NCBI GenBank assembly: GCA_020632075.1
Contig: JACKGH010000001.1
Span: forward strand, 458,852-522,851
Source: Candidatus Nomurabacteria bacterium
GTDB lineage: Bacteria; Patescibacteriota; Minisyncoccia; Phycocordibacterales; UBA918
DNA: 64,000 bases
Direction of reading: 5' to 3'
The notes under the pieces were generated by a model. It was given only the letters and a program-made list of their open reading frames with translations, was not told the DNA's origin and made no database searches. Below, piece after piece: positions 1-9,515 of this stretch; positions within the stretch are counted from its first letter, which is position 1; every line of letters starts with the position of its first letter. The translations under genes were made by a program, and so were the position numbers.

Positions 1-93
1 TTTGTCTTTTCGTCCACAGTAGACCCCTTTTATAGAACAAGAAAAACGGATTACGTTCTGAATACTACTTATTTTTCATGACAGTGCAAGAGT

Positions 94-693
94 ATGGCTT
101 GTGGTAAGATAGTATTCATGCGATACATCGTCTTTGACCTTGAAACCCAGAATATTTTCCAGGAAGTAAACTCAAACGACCCAACTGCGCTCGACATCTC
201 GGTCGCAACGGTCTACGACAGCGAGGAAGACAAGTACACCACCGTCACCATCGATGAGATCGAACAACTCTGGCCGATCATCGAAAAAGCCGACGCGCTC
301 GTAGGCTACAACTCCAACCACTTCGACATTCCACTTTTAAACAAATACTATCCGGGTGACCTCACCCAGATCAAGAGTATTGATCTCCTAGAAGACATCA
401 AGCTTTCACTTGGTCGTCGCCTGCGACTCGACAGCGTCGCGCAGGCGACGGTCGGCGCCAAGAAAAGCGCGGATGGACTACAAGCAGTGCGCTGGTGGAA
501 AGAAGGAAACATCAAAGATATCAAAAAGTACTGTGAGCAAGACGTAAGAGTAACCAAAGAAGTGTTTGAATACGCCCGCAAGAACGGTCATGTCCTCTTT
601 AAGGACGGCGCTCGCAAGCGAGAGATACCACTCGACACTGCACACTGGGAAGAATGCGAAGAAGTCGCTATGACTCACTCACTACTATTTTAA
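94..693 (+). CDS. DEDDy-type 3'-5' exonuclease, RNase H-like fold (DnaQ/PolB-exo-like), standalone
   Basis: 199-aa ORF; Exo I FDLET, Exo II YNSNHFDIPLL and Exo III YCEQDVRV motifs read from the translation; alternative start at Met9 (118). Confidence 0.6.
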   Translation: MACGKIVFMRYIVFDLETQNIFQEVNSNDPTALDISVATVYDSEEDKYTTVTIDEIEQLWPIIEKADALVGYNSNHFDIPLLNKYYPGDLTQIKSIDLLEDIKLSLGRRLRLDSVAQATVGAKKSADGLQAVRWWKEGNIKDIKKYCEQDVRVTKEVFEYARKNGHVLFKDGARKREIPLDTAHWEECEEVAMTHSLLF

Positions 694-695
694 AA

Positions 696-726
696 AGCGC
701 CCGTCATCCTGACGGGCGCTATCTTA
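696..726. terminator. intrinsic terminator hairpin between convergent genes
   Basis: agcgcccgtc-atcct-gacgggcgct; A/T runs on both sides. Confidence 0.7.
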
Positions 727-1128
727 TTATTCTCCAGTCGGTTCGACGACAACCTGACAGTCGACGTGTCCACCACCGTACCTATCGAGGTCACGCTGCA
801 GCCACGTATTGAACTGCTTCGACGCAACCAGTCGGGTAAGTTGGTGACCATTCTCATCCCAGGTTTCGTATCGGTAAAAGATCACTGAATCTGGAATAGT
901 CTCCGCTCGAACCACGATCAGCTTACCAACCGCCGCGATCCAACGAGTTACCTCTTGACCATCCACCATCGCTGCATAGACCCGGATGGTACTATTTGGC
1001 GCCCCGTCGAGACTGGAACAGTAGAAAGTCTCTACCAGACGAGCATCTGGTACCGACCCTGTTTGCACTTTCGCGAAGGCACTAGACGTCGAAGCAAGCA
1101 GTAGAAAAAACAACAAAAGTGTACGCAC
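727..1128 (-). CDS. hypothetical small secreted protein
   Basis: 133-aa ORF with N-terminal hydrophobic signal-like segment MRTLLLFFLLLASTSSAFA; no recognisable domain. Confidence 0.45.
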   Translation of the reverse strand: MRTLLLFFLLLASTSSAFAKVQTGSVPDARLVETFYCSSLDGAPNSTIRVYAAMVDGQEVTRWIAAVGKLIVVRAETIPDSVIFYRYETWDENGHQLTRLVASKQFNTWLQRDLDRYGGGHVDCQVVVEPTGE

Positions 1129-1202
1129 AACATGTCTCCCTATTTGGAATGATGTGTGTTTAAATTAATACATCAGAAAATATTACTGTCAAGCAATGAC
1201 TT

Positions 1203-2012
1203 TTAGGTGAAAAAATGCACGTACCAAACTAGTCCCGACAAGATCACCCCATACCATACAAACGGCCACAGTGTGTAGCGACGAATGAACTGCAAAAAGA
1301 AATGTATCACGATCAGTGCTGTTACATAGGCAATGACCGCACCAACAAACATCATAGCCCAATCAACCGCCCCTCCTTCTTTAAGAAGGTCGATAGACTT
1401 CTTAAGCCCCACCCCAAGTGTGATCGGGATCGCCAGTAAAAAAGAAAAACGAGTAGCTTCGTATCGAGACAATCCAAGCAACATACCACCAGCAATGGTC
1501 GATCCAGACCGCGACATGCCCGGCAATAGCGCTAAAGCCTGAAACAAACCGACTAGCAGACCATTTTTCACCGTAACTTCCCCATGACTTGGATTCAGAT
1601 AGTATCGCCATTCAGCATACATAAAGAAAACGGAAGCCAAGAAGAGTACCGTCGCTACCACAAGCGGGGTCTGCAAGTAGGTCTCAACGATAGATTCAAG
1701 TAACAAGCCAATAATAACTGCCGGTATAGTGCCGATCACTAAGGCATATAGAAATGTTATATCCTTTTCGTTCACTGGCAATCGACCCAACTTTCGCAAA
1801 GCAACCTGGATCAAATTCCAAATGTCATTTTTAAAATAGGTGATCACCGCGGCAGTAGTAGCAAAATGCAAAATAGCTGTAAATGCGAGATCATGAGCAT
1901 GATCGACCGCAAGCCAATCTTGGAACAGCACCAAGTGACCACTTGAAGAGACAGGTAAAAACTCAGTAATTCCTTGTACCAATCCAAGCACGATCGCATC
2001 CACCCATTCCAT
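1203..2012 (-). CDS. uppP: undecaprenyl-diphosphatase (BacA/UppP family)
   Basis: 269-aa polytopic membrane ORF; GITEFLPVSSSGHL and PGMSRSGSTI motifs typical of UppP. Confidence 0.9.
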   Translation of the reverse strand: MEWVDAIVLGLVQGITEFLPVSSSGHLVLFQDWLAVDHAHDLAFTAILHFATTAAVITYFKNDIWNLIQVALRKLGRLPVNEKDITFLYALVIGTIPAVIIGLLLESIVETYLQTPLVVATVLFLASVFFMYAEWRYYLNPSHGEVTVKNGLLVGLFQALALLPGMSRSGSTIAGGMLLGLSRYEATRFSFLLAIPITLGVGLKKSIDLLKEGGAVDWAMMFVGAVIAYVTALIVIHFFLQFIRRYTLWPFVWYGVILSGLVWYVHFFT

Positions 2013-2087
2013 ACAGCCAGAAGTATAGCACGTATATTCGTGTGCTATACTTTTTTCATAGTAATTATAAAGACTAGTTGAGTACGT

Positions 2088-2876
2088 ATGGAACCATCAA
2101 CCGATCAAACATCACCGGCAGTGCCGATCGCGATCATTTGCGGCTTTGCCATGATCGCAATCGCCATCTTCTTCACTAACAAAAACGACCAAGCCCCTGT
2201 TACAAACCAACAAACTGCTGAGCGACAAGCCGGCGTCGGTGAGGCGCGCCCAGTTGATAAGACTGATTACATTTTTGGTAATCCGAACGCACCGATCCTC
2301 ATGGTTGAGTACTCTGACTATGACTGTCCGTTTTGTAAGCAGTACCACTACACCATGGGTCAGATCATGGACGAGTATGGTGTAACCGGTCAAGTAGCAT
2401 GGGTATATCGCCAGTTCCCGCTGGGCGACCTACACCCAAACTCTCCTAAGATCTCAGAGGCTGCACTTTGTGTTGGCGACCTTGGTGGAAACGCAGCTTT
2501 CTGGAAGTTCTCTGATCTAGTATTCGAAGAGCGCGATATCGACGCACCAACTAACGTAACAAAGCTTCCTGAATACGCAGAAGCAGCAGGCGTCGATCGG
2601 ACCAAGTATATTGAGTGTGTCCAAAGTGGCCGCATGGAAGAGAAGGTACTTCAGAGCATTGAGGACGGATACAACTCCGGAGCTCGTGGCACACCGTACA
2701 CAGTACTGATCGCTGGCAATCAACAAGCCGTGATCAGTGGCGCACAGCCGTACGATACCCTTAAGGGAGTAGTACAGAACCTGATCGACCAACTCGAAGG
2801 TACATTCGACCCAAGCACAGCACAACAATCTGGAGAAGTGCCAACTACTGCAAATGGCGTTCCGATCTTGGAGTAG
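2088..2876 (+). CDS. DsbA-like thiol:disulfide oxidoreductase, membrane-anchored
   Basis: 262-aa ORF with N-terminal TM and thioredoxin-fold CPFC active site (YSDYDCPFCKQYH). Confidence 0.8.
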   Translation: MEPSTDQTSPAVPIAIICGFAMIAIAIFFTNKNDQAPVTNQQTAERQAGVGEARPVDKTDYIFGNPNAPILMVEYSDYDCPFCKQYHYTMGQIMDEYGVTGQVAWVYRQFPLGDLHPNSPKISEAALCVGDLGGNAAFWKFSDLVFEERDIDAPTNVTKLPEYAEAAGVDRTKYIECVQSGRMEEKVLQSIEDGYNSGARGTPYTVLIAGNQQAVISGAQPYDTLKGVVQNLIDQLEGTFDPSTAQQSGEVPTTANGVPILE

Positions 2877-2883
2877 GCTACAA

Positions 2884-2927
2884 CAAAAAACAGACGGCGC
2901 CCCTTTGGGCGCCGTCTGTTTTTCTTT
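2884..2927. terminator. bidirectional intrinsic terminator
   Basis: aaaaaa-cagacggcgcc-cctttg-ggcgccgtctg-tttttcttt. Confidence 0.85.
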
Positions 2928-2932
2928 CCTTA

Positions 2933-5900
2933 CTATAGCAACTGCACCAAATGGCAATACTCACTCTCTTTCTCATCGCATGGCGTAGTCAGAAATGCAC
3001 CACTCGCGATTTCTTTGGCAGCTGTAATAATCTCTTGCTTCAACGCTTCCACTTCTTCATCCGTGATCACAAACGATTCTTCATGGATCTGCCCTTTTGC
3101 GTCAGCTCGCACAAACGATAACGCTCCCTCCCGACAGCGATATCGCTCATCATCATAGAGTTCAAGGAGCAGCGCATAAAATACCAGCTGGCGCTTATAT
3201 CCGCCATCAGATGACTTTGTCTTCCCTTCAATATCATTACGTGTCTTTGGCTTACCGGTCTTGTAGTCGACCACGCGCGCCACTGAACCATCTTCATTCA
3301 GATCAAGTCGGTCGAGCTTACCAGTTAGTGGTATTTCTGGCAGATCAGCGTCACCAGTCTCAAGCACCACCTTGATCGAAAATTCTTCCTTGGTGGATTT
3401 TGGTAGGCCGGCTGCCAGGTGTTCACTATAGAGCGTTATCTCTTCGATACCTTGCTCCAATAGCCGCGAGAATTCTTCAGTACTCAAGGGCAGCCGGCCA
3501 AGCTCCTGCTCCAGTTTTTTCTTGATCCAGGTTGTGGTCGGCAATTTCTCCTCGCTCGTATGCACACGAGTCATATACTCCAGCGTATTATGGACTGCCG
3601 TACCATACTGCATGTGCGCCGGCTGTGTTTCAGGAATACGTAAGACATTGCGGTACAGATAATCCCACGGACTACGCAGATAGTTGTTAAGTGACGTCGC
3701 AGAAAAACCACGCTCGACGAGCACCTGTTTTAAAAGTGCTGGATCGATCGCAATGGCTTTGGTCGCTGCAGTCAACGAGGCAATTGGATCAAACTTCTCC
3801 TCCTCAATCTTAGTTGACTCACTAACCACAAACTGCTCATCCACGTCATCAAGCAGTCGAGCCGGAATGAGTTCGCGACCGTCAGCGTTCACCTCTGAAG
3901 TAGACACATGCAGCTGTCGCTTCGCACGAGTCATCGCTACGTATAGAAGCCGACGTTCATCTTCAATAAACTCGTGCTTTTCAACTTCATGCGCCATAAG
4001 CGGTAGGTCAAAGTATGTTTTCTTCCCGGTGCCACTCCAACTAGAGTCGATCAAATGCGGCACCAAGACCACTTCAAACTCAAGTCCCTTAGACTTATGT
4101 GCTGTCATCACTTGCACGGACTCAGTAGCTGTCGAAATGTACGGAGCATTAAGCGGCAAGCCGTATGCTTCACGAGTCGTAAAAATGTCTCCGACTGCTC
4201 GTAAGTCTCCAATACCATCACGTAATACCTGCTCTTCAATCTCATCATACAGACGACGCACCACGCGGGTTCCTTCAAATGGATCATGTGCAATGAGGTG
4301 ATCAAGGAACCCACTTGCTTGTAGTAAATACTCCAGCACCCGATGCGGCGCCTCATGCACCTCGCGCGCACGAGCTTCACTCACCACCTCAGCTACTCGT
4401 AGAAACGAAGCTGGATCACTCACTTTGAGTCGCTCGAGCTCAGCTTCACTACTTATGAGACTCCAGAGTGTTTTATCGTATGATCTTGCATTCAATACCT
4501 TCAGCAGATCATTTACGTCAATCCCCCAGTACGCTCCGTGGAGTACAGTAAAAAGGGCAACTTCGCTTTTATCAGTCACCACCACATTAATCAGCGAACG
4601 CACTGCTTGTGTTACCGGATGCCGAAGGACATCACCGTCAGCTGAGGCAGTTACCGGAATTGCAGCCTTACGCAGCAAGGCTGCAAACTGTTCTACTTCT
4701 CGGTTGGAACGAACAATGATCGCGATCTCGCTCGCTGCAATACCATCTATGAGCAGTGACTGTACCTTTGATACCACCCACGCGTCTTCTACTGCCTGAT
4801 GTGAGAATGAGCGCCTGGTCAGCACTGCTTGATCGACAGCCTTTGCCTCAAGCGGCACACGCAGATCCTTGAGCGGACCTTCATCTACTCGCACCAAACT
4901 GTGTGCAGCATCGAGGATCGTCTGTCCAGACCGGTAGTTCTCAGTAAGAGATATCACTTTGGTCCCCTTGAACTTCTCAGTGAAGTATAAAAAGTTTTCG
5001 AGTGATGCACCCTGAAAACGATAGATCGCCTGCTTCTCATCTCCCACCGCAAAAATGTTCGGTGCATCATGAAACGATGCGAGCAGTTCGAGGATCTTGT
5101 TCTGAGAACCATTCACGTCTTGGTGTTCATCAGCCAAAATGTACAAGTAACGCTCTTGAAGATCACGAAGCATGTCTTCATTCTGCTCGAGCGCTTGGAC
5201 TGTCTCCACGATCATGTCTTCGAAGTCGTAGAGATTCCGATCGTTCAAGAGTGCTTCATACTGCCGATACACATAAATGAGCTCGCGATTCTTTGCGACA
5301 TTCTTTTCTAGCTTGGTGTACTCACCACGCACCTTACCTTTGTGCGCCCCTTTGGTGTGATATCGCTCCACTTCCCCAAGTGCTTGCTCTTGCTGATCGA
5401 CGATCACTACCAACGCGTCTGGGGTAATATACTCCTGCTTAAGCTGACCAATGATGCGCTGCAGATGCGTCACATAGTACGCAGGATTGCCAGCTGGACG
5501 CAGTTGCTTTACGTTGCCGTCATTAACAATCGACTCAATAAGATCGATCTTTTCGAGGTCAGTGGCAGGGCAGCCGCCTATCACACGGTCGTAGGCATCG
5601 GGGTACTCAGAGATCAGGCGCTGCGCGAAGCCATGGAAGGTAAAGATCGGCACTTGATAGGCGGTGGCCCCGATATATTTCCGCAACCGCTGTCGCATTG
5701 CCTTCGCACCCGATTCGGTGAATGTAAGTGCCAAGACACCGTCAGCATGCACATCAGTCAGGCGCAAGATGTTTGCGATTCGCAAGGTAAGGATCTGTGT
5801 CTTGCCTGTACCAGGACCCGCCACGACCATGACTGGCCCTTCGATCGAATCTACCGCTTCTTTCTGTGCGGCGTTTAAGGAAGCGTACGCTTCCTTAAAC

Positions 5901-5935
5901 GCCGCCTCCCCAACTCTCTCCTTATCTGTACTCAT
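2933..5935 (-). CDS. UvrD/PcrA/AddA-type helicase fused to a C-terminal PD-(D/E)xK RecB/Cas4-like nuclease domain
   Basis: 1000-aa ORF; N-terminal Walker A VAGPGTGKTQ and UvrD helicase motifs; C-terminal VVDYKTGKP with YKRQLVFYALL (QhxxY nuclease motif) and terminal Cys residues (CREG, CDEKESEYC). Confidence 0.8.
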   Translation of the reverse strand: MSTDKERVGEAAFKEAYASLNAAQKEAVDSIEGPVMVVAGPGTGKTQILTLRIANILRLTDVHADGVLALTFTESGAKAMRQRLRKYIGATAYQVPIFTFHGFAQRLISEYPDAYDRVIGGCPATDLEKIDLIESIVNDGNVKQLRPAGNPAYYVTHLQRIIGQLKQEYITPDALVVIVDQQEQALGEVERYHTKGAHKGKVRGEYTKLEKNVAKNRELIYVYRQYEALLNDRNLYDFEDMIVETVQALEQNEDMLRDLQERYLYILADEHQDVNGSQNKILELLASFHDAPNIFAVGDEKQAIYRFQGASLENFLYFTEKFKGTKVISLTENYRSGQTILDAAHSLVRVDEGPLKDLRVPLEAKAVDQAVLTRRSFSHQAVEDAWVVSKVQSLLIDGIAASEIAIIVRSNREVEQFAALLRKAAIPVTASADGDVLRHPVTQAVRSLINVVVTDKSEVALFTVLHGAYWGIDVNDLLKVLNARSYDKTLWSLISSEAELERLKVSDPASFLRVAEVVSEARAREVHEAPHRVLEYLLQASGFLDHLIAHDPFEGTRVVRRLYDEIEEQVLRDGIGDLRAVGDIFTTREAYGLPLNAPYISTATESVQVMTAHKSKGLEFEVVLVPHLIDSSWSGTGKKTYFDLPLMAHEVEKHEFIEDERRLLYVAMTRAKRQLHVSTSEVNADGRELIPARLLDDVDEQFVVSESTKIEEEKFDPIASLTAATKAIAIDPALLKQVLVERGFSATSLNNYLRSPWDYLYRNVLRIPETQPAHMQYGTAVHNTLEYMTRVHTSEEKLPTTTWIKKKLEQELGRLPLSTEEFSRLLEQGIEEITLYSEHLAAGLPKSTKEEFSIKVVLETGDADLPEIPLTGKLDRLDLNEDGSVARVVDYKTGKPKTRNDIEGKTKSSDGGYKRQLVFYALLLELYDDERYRCREGALSFVRADAKGQIHEESFVITDEEVEALKQEIITAAKEIASGAFLTTPCDEKESEYCHLVQLL

Positions 5936-5983
5936 GCCTCACAGTATATCAAATCAACCATTGTTGACTCTTTATAAAAACCC

Positions 5984-6012
5984 TTGCAAAATAGCACTTT
6001 CGGTCGTATAGT
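5984..6012 (+). promoter_or_regulatory. candidate sigma-70 promoter (TTGCAA-17-TATAGT) for the antiporter gene
   Basis: Hexamers read directly; ~35 nt upstream of ATG 6048. Confidence 0.4.
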
Positions 6013-6047
6013 AGCGCTCTGTTTCAAAATTAAGAAGAAACGATTTT

Positions 6048-8138
6048 ATGTTAACTATTGGCACCACACTCGCCATCTTCCTGATGCTTGGTATCTCAAG
6101 CCTCGGACTTTTTCTCGCAAAACGACTCAACCTACCACACACTGTACTACTGGTACTCATTGGTATCGGACTCGGCTTTTTAGCCATGACCGACACTTTT
6201 TCATTTTTAGGTGAATTCCAACTCACTCCCGAGCTCCTCTTCTTCCTGCTTCTTCCTACTCTCATCTTCGAGTCAGCCTACAACATGAGTATCCGTAAGC
6301 TCGTCGCAGACGGTGCTGCAGTATTCTCTCTTGCTATCGGCAGTTTCCTTATATCGACGGCGATCATCACCGGACTTCTTCATGTGTTACTCCTCCTTAT
6401 CGGCATCGATATCCCACTCAGCATCACCTTACTCTTTGGCGCCCTGATTTCTGCTACCGACCCAGTTGCCGTGCTTGCCCTATTCAAAGAATACGGAGTA
6501 CCACGCAGGCTCTCACTTATTTTTGAAGGCGAAAGTCTTTTCAATGACGCAACAGCAGTAGCAGTCTTCCTCATCACCCTTGAAGCTCTCAATCACGGTG
6601 GGCTCTCAGTCGTTACTTCGATCACCGGCTTTCTGACTTTCAGTTCTATGCTGGTGTTTGGAGTCATCTTTGGTCTCTTGATCGGAGGACTTTTCACCTA
6701 CCTGGTGGGAGCAGCGCGTGAAAGTGAGACCGCCAGCATCACCCTTACCATCGTGCTTGCCCACATCACCTTCATTTTGGCTGAAGTCATATCACACATT
6801 GAATGGTTCGGTACATTTTCACTTCACATTTCACCGATCATCAGTACCACGATCGCCTCACTCATCATGGGTAATTATGCTCGCACCAAGCTCAACCCAC
6901 ACGCCGAGTCATTCGTCACTGGTCTCTGGGAGCAATTTGCCTTCATGGCGAACTCCCTTGTCTTTATCTTGATCGGTCTCCTCATGGTAGAAGTGCCGCT
7001 CTTTGAACCACAAGTATTCTGGGCAATTCTCATCACCATCTTAGTCGTCGCAGTTGCTCGCGCACTATCGATCTACCCAGTGATGTCTTTCTACAACCTC
7101 TTCCAGAGCAAAGCGCGCACAATCCCCAAGAACTGGCAACATCTCATGGCTTGGGGCTCACTCCGTGGTGCACTTGCAGTCACTATGGTATTGCTTATCC
7201 CTGAAGACCTCTCGGTACCAGGCTGGAATCTAGAACTCTCACCACGCGATTTCCTCCTCGCGATCACTATTGGCTGTATTGCAGCCACCCTCTTTATAAA
7301 GGCTACTACGATCAAGACTTTGGTGCGTCGCTTTAAGCTAGACAAGCTCACTGCCGTCGAAGAGATCGAGTACCAGGAAGCACAAGCGATCATCCATCAC
7401 CAGGTGAACGATCGGTTAGCAATGTATGAAAAGCGCGGATACATCGACGAGGCCATCGCTCACGAACTTCGCGAGAAGCATCAAGCAGCCTTCCATCGCG
7501 CCTGTGAACAAGCGTGTGCACTCTCTCAAGAACGTCGTAACGACCTCGCTTTCCGCGTACTACGCATTTACGCCATCGGTATCGAAAAGCGACACCTCAA
7601 GTTGCTCTACGACCATAACGAAGTGACCGAGTCTGTCTTCCGTCGTATTCAAGGCAAGCTCCGCTTGCAGCTGGAGGCGATCGAGAACGGCAATCTATCG
7701 CCAGACGTGACCATTCACGCCGACGAACGCGATGTATTTGAACGTCTCTTCCACACCATTAAAAAGATGCTCCACCGCGAAGAGAATATCCGCTCATTTG
7801 AGCATCGCTACATGTATTACCGCGCGCAAGCGATCATTTCTCGCAAGGTACTGAAGGAACTGACCCAACTAGAAAAGGTCTCCGATACCATCTTTACTTC
7901 CGAAGCAGTGACGCACGTAAACGATCTTTACACTTCATTCAAAGAAAATTCACAACGTAAGCTGCAAGAACTAAGCGCACAAAACGCAAACACTGCACGC
8001 ACCCTCGCCGAATCGCTCGCCAAACACGGGGTCCATACCATTGAAGAGACGGTACTTGACGATATTTACCGCAAAGAGCTGATCACTCCAAAGCTGTACA
8101 TCCTTCTTAAGGAAGAACTACGTGAAGCGAGCAAGTAG
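6048..8138 (+). CDS. Na+/H+ antiporter (CPA1/NhaP-type) with long cytoplasmic C-terminal domain
   Basis: 696-aa ORF; about 11 TM segments; ATDPVAVLALFKEYGVP and ESLFNDATAVAVF exchanger motifs; C-terminal ~280 aa hydrophilic and charged. Confidence 0.85.
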   Translation: MLTIGTTLAIFLMLGISSLGLFLAKRLNLPHTVLLVLIGIGLGFLAMTDTFSFLGEFQLTPELLFFLLLPTLIFESAYNMSIRKLVADGAAVFSLAIGSFLISTAIITGLLHVLLLLIGIDIPLSITLLFGALISATDPVAVLALFKEYGVPRRLSLIFEGESLFNDATAVAVFLITLEALNHGGLSVVTSITGFLTFSSMLVFGVIFGLLIGGLFTYLVGAARESETASITLTIVLAHITFILAEVISHIEWFGTFSLHISPIISTTIASLIMGNYARTKLNPHAESFVTGLWEQFAFMANSLVFILIGLLMVEVPLFEPQVFWAILITILVVAVARALSIYPVMSFYNLFQSKARTIPKNWQHLMAWGSLRGALAVTMVLLIPEDLSVPGWNLELSPRDFLLAITIGCIAATLFIKATTIKTLVRRFKLDKLTAVEEIEYQEAQAIIHHQVNDRLAMYEKRGYIDEAIAHELREKHQAAFHRACEQACALSQERRNDLAFRVLRIYAIGIEKRHLKLLYDHNEVTESVFRRIQGKLRLQLEAIENGNLSPDVTIHADERDVFERLFHTIKKMLHREENIRSFEHRYMYYRAQAIISRKVLKELTQLEKVSDTIFTSEAVTHVNDLYTSFKENSQRKLQELSAQNANTARTLAESLAKHGVHTIEETVLDDIYRKELITPKLYILLKEELREASK

Positions 8139-8169
8139 TGTACACCCCCGTTTTTTGGGTGTATGATAT

Positions 8170-8622
8170 TTGTATATGCAGGTAAAAGATATCGTAAAAC
8201 CTGCGGTGATCATTGCTGAGACAGACACGTTTGAAGATGCCCTCAAAGCAATGAACACCCAACATACAAACACGCTTTTGGTCACTGACGAAAACGGTGA
8301 GCTCGTTGGTGAAGTAACCGTTGCCGACCTCCTCGACGCAGTCGTTCCGGACACACTCGACGGCAGTGCGGTCATGGATCATTTTTCAACCGATGACGCA
8401 TTCATCGCTTCAATTGATGTAGCGCGTGATCTCCCTGTATCAGAATTCATGTCACTCGACTACTCGCCGCTCACCCTCAAAGACAATCTCATGTCTATCG
8501 TTGCCACCGCGATCGCGCACGAGCGTGCTCGCATTCCTGTTGTTGATGACGAAAACCACCCGATCGGTATTATCTCTCGACAGGGACTCAAGCAGATCCT
8601 TGCGAAGTTCATGGATGAGTAG
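8170..8622 (+). CDS. CBS-domain pair protein
   Basis: 150-aa ORF with two CBS-like segments (VIIAETDTFEDALKAM... and IPVVDDENHPIGIISRQGL). Confidence 0.7.
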   Translation: MYMQVKDIVKPAVIIAETDTFEDALKAMNTQHTNTLLVTDENGELVGEVTVADLLDAVVPDTLDGSAVMDHFSTDDAFIASIDVARDLPVSEFMSLDYSPLTLKDNLMSIVATAIAHERARIPVVDDENHPIGIISRQGLKQILAKFMDE

Positions 8623-9515
8623 TGCCAAACAACCCAGTCATGTTCGAGATAACTGTGTTTTCTAGTGTTGTATACGGCCTAGCGCTGTGTACTGTCTACT
8701 ACCTAGTAGTCTCTGCAATCAAAAAGCAGCTCGTACGAATTCACTTTCGTACAGCTTTTTTCTATATCACACTCTTTTGTCTCTTCGGGATCGCGGGAGA
8801 AGTCTTTGTAAACAATATATGGGAACACATCTTTGGCTGGCCTCTATGGGAGTACCGACTGTTCCCTGCTCACGGCGGTGATATCAGTTACTTCTTTCCA
8901 CTTATCTGGGGCATGCTCGGTTTTTACAAATACATCAATGACACTGCGTTTCACCGCTTCCCGCCCGATCAGCACCTCAAGCCAGCTGTGATCATGGGTG
9001 CCGAGGCGATTCTTCTCGAACTCGTCTACAACGGCTTATTCCTTCTTCTTTTTGATGAATACATCTTTTACTATCTCCCCGCCAACATGGGGCCGCTTTC
9101 GCACCTATCTTGCTGGCAAGTGATTCCATTTTATTTCGTCGTCGGCTTCTTCACGAGCGAGTTGATTCACGGACAACAAAAAGCCGGATACCACAACCGT
9201 GTCTTGCTCCGCATTGCATTCTACTGGATGGTGATTGGAGCCTTGATACTCTTTAGTAAAACCGGCCGGCGGCCTTCGGGGCCGGCCGGTTTTACGTCAT
9301 CTATTTCAAATCCTAATACGACTTCAGTCGTCGCGCCTTCTCGTGCTGGCGGATTTTCTCGAGCGCTTTCGCTTCGATCTGTCGGATACGCTCACGAGTC
9401 ACCCCAAACTCTTTACCAACCTCTTCAAGCGTATGATACGTCCCATCGAGGAGTCCATGTCGCATCTCAAGAATCTTTCGTTCTTTCTCTGAAAGTGTAT
9501 CGAGGATCTCAGTGA
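8622..9515 (+). CDS. hypothetical polytopic membrane protein; 3' end uncertain
   Basis: 297-aa ORF with GTG start overlapping the upstream stop, or ATG at 8640; several hydrophobic segments. The frame reads through the rpoD terminator hairpin (9258-9296) and about 200 nt antisense to the rpoD 3' end. Confidence 0.45.
   Translation: MPNNPVMFEITVFSSVVYGLALCTVYYLVVSAIKKQLVRIHFRTAFFYITLFCLFGIAGEVFVNNIWEHIFGWPLWEYRLFPAHGGDISYFFPLIWGMLGFYKYINDTAFHRFPPDQHLKPAVIMGAEAILLELVYNGLFLLLFDEYIFYYLPANMGPLSHLSCWQVIPFYFVVGFFTSELIHGQQKAGYHNRVLLRIAFYWMVIGALILFSKTGRRPSGPAGFTSSISNPNTTSVVAPSRAGGFSRALSLRSVGYAHESPQTLYQPLQAYDTSHRGVHVASQESFVLSLKVYRGSQ
9258..9296. terminator. intrinsic terminator downstream of rpoD
   Basis: aaaccggccggcggcc-ttcg-gggccggccggtttt (~14-bp GC stem). 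Confidence 0.85.
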
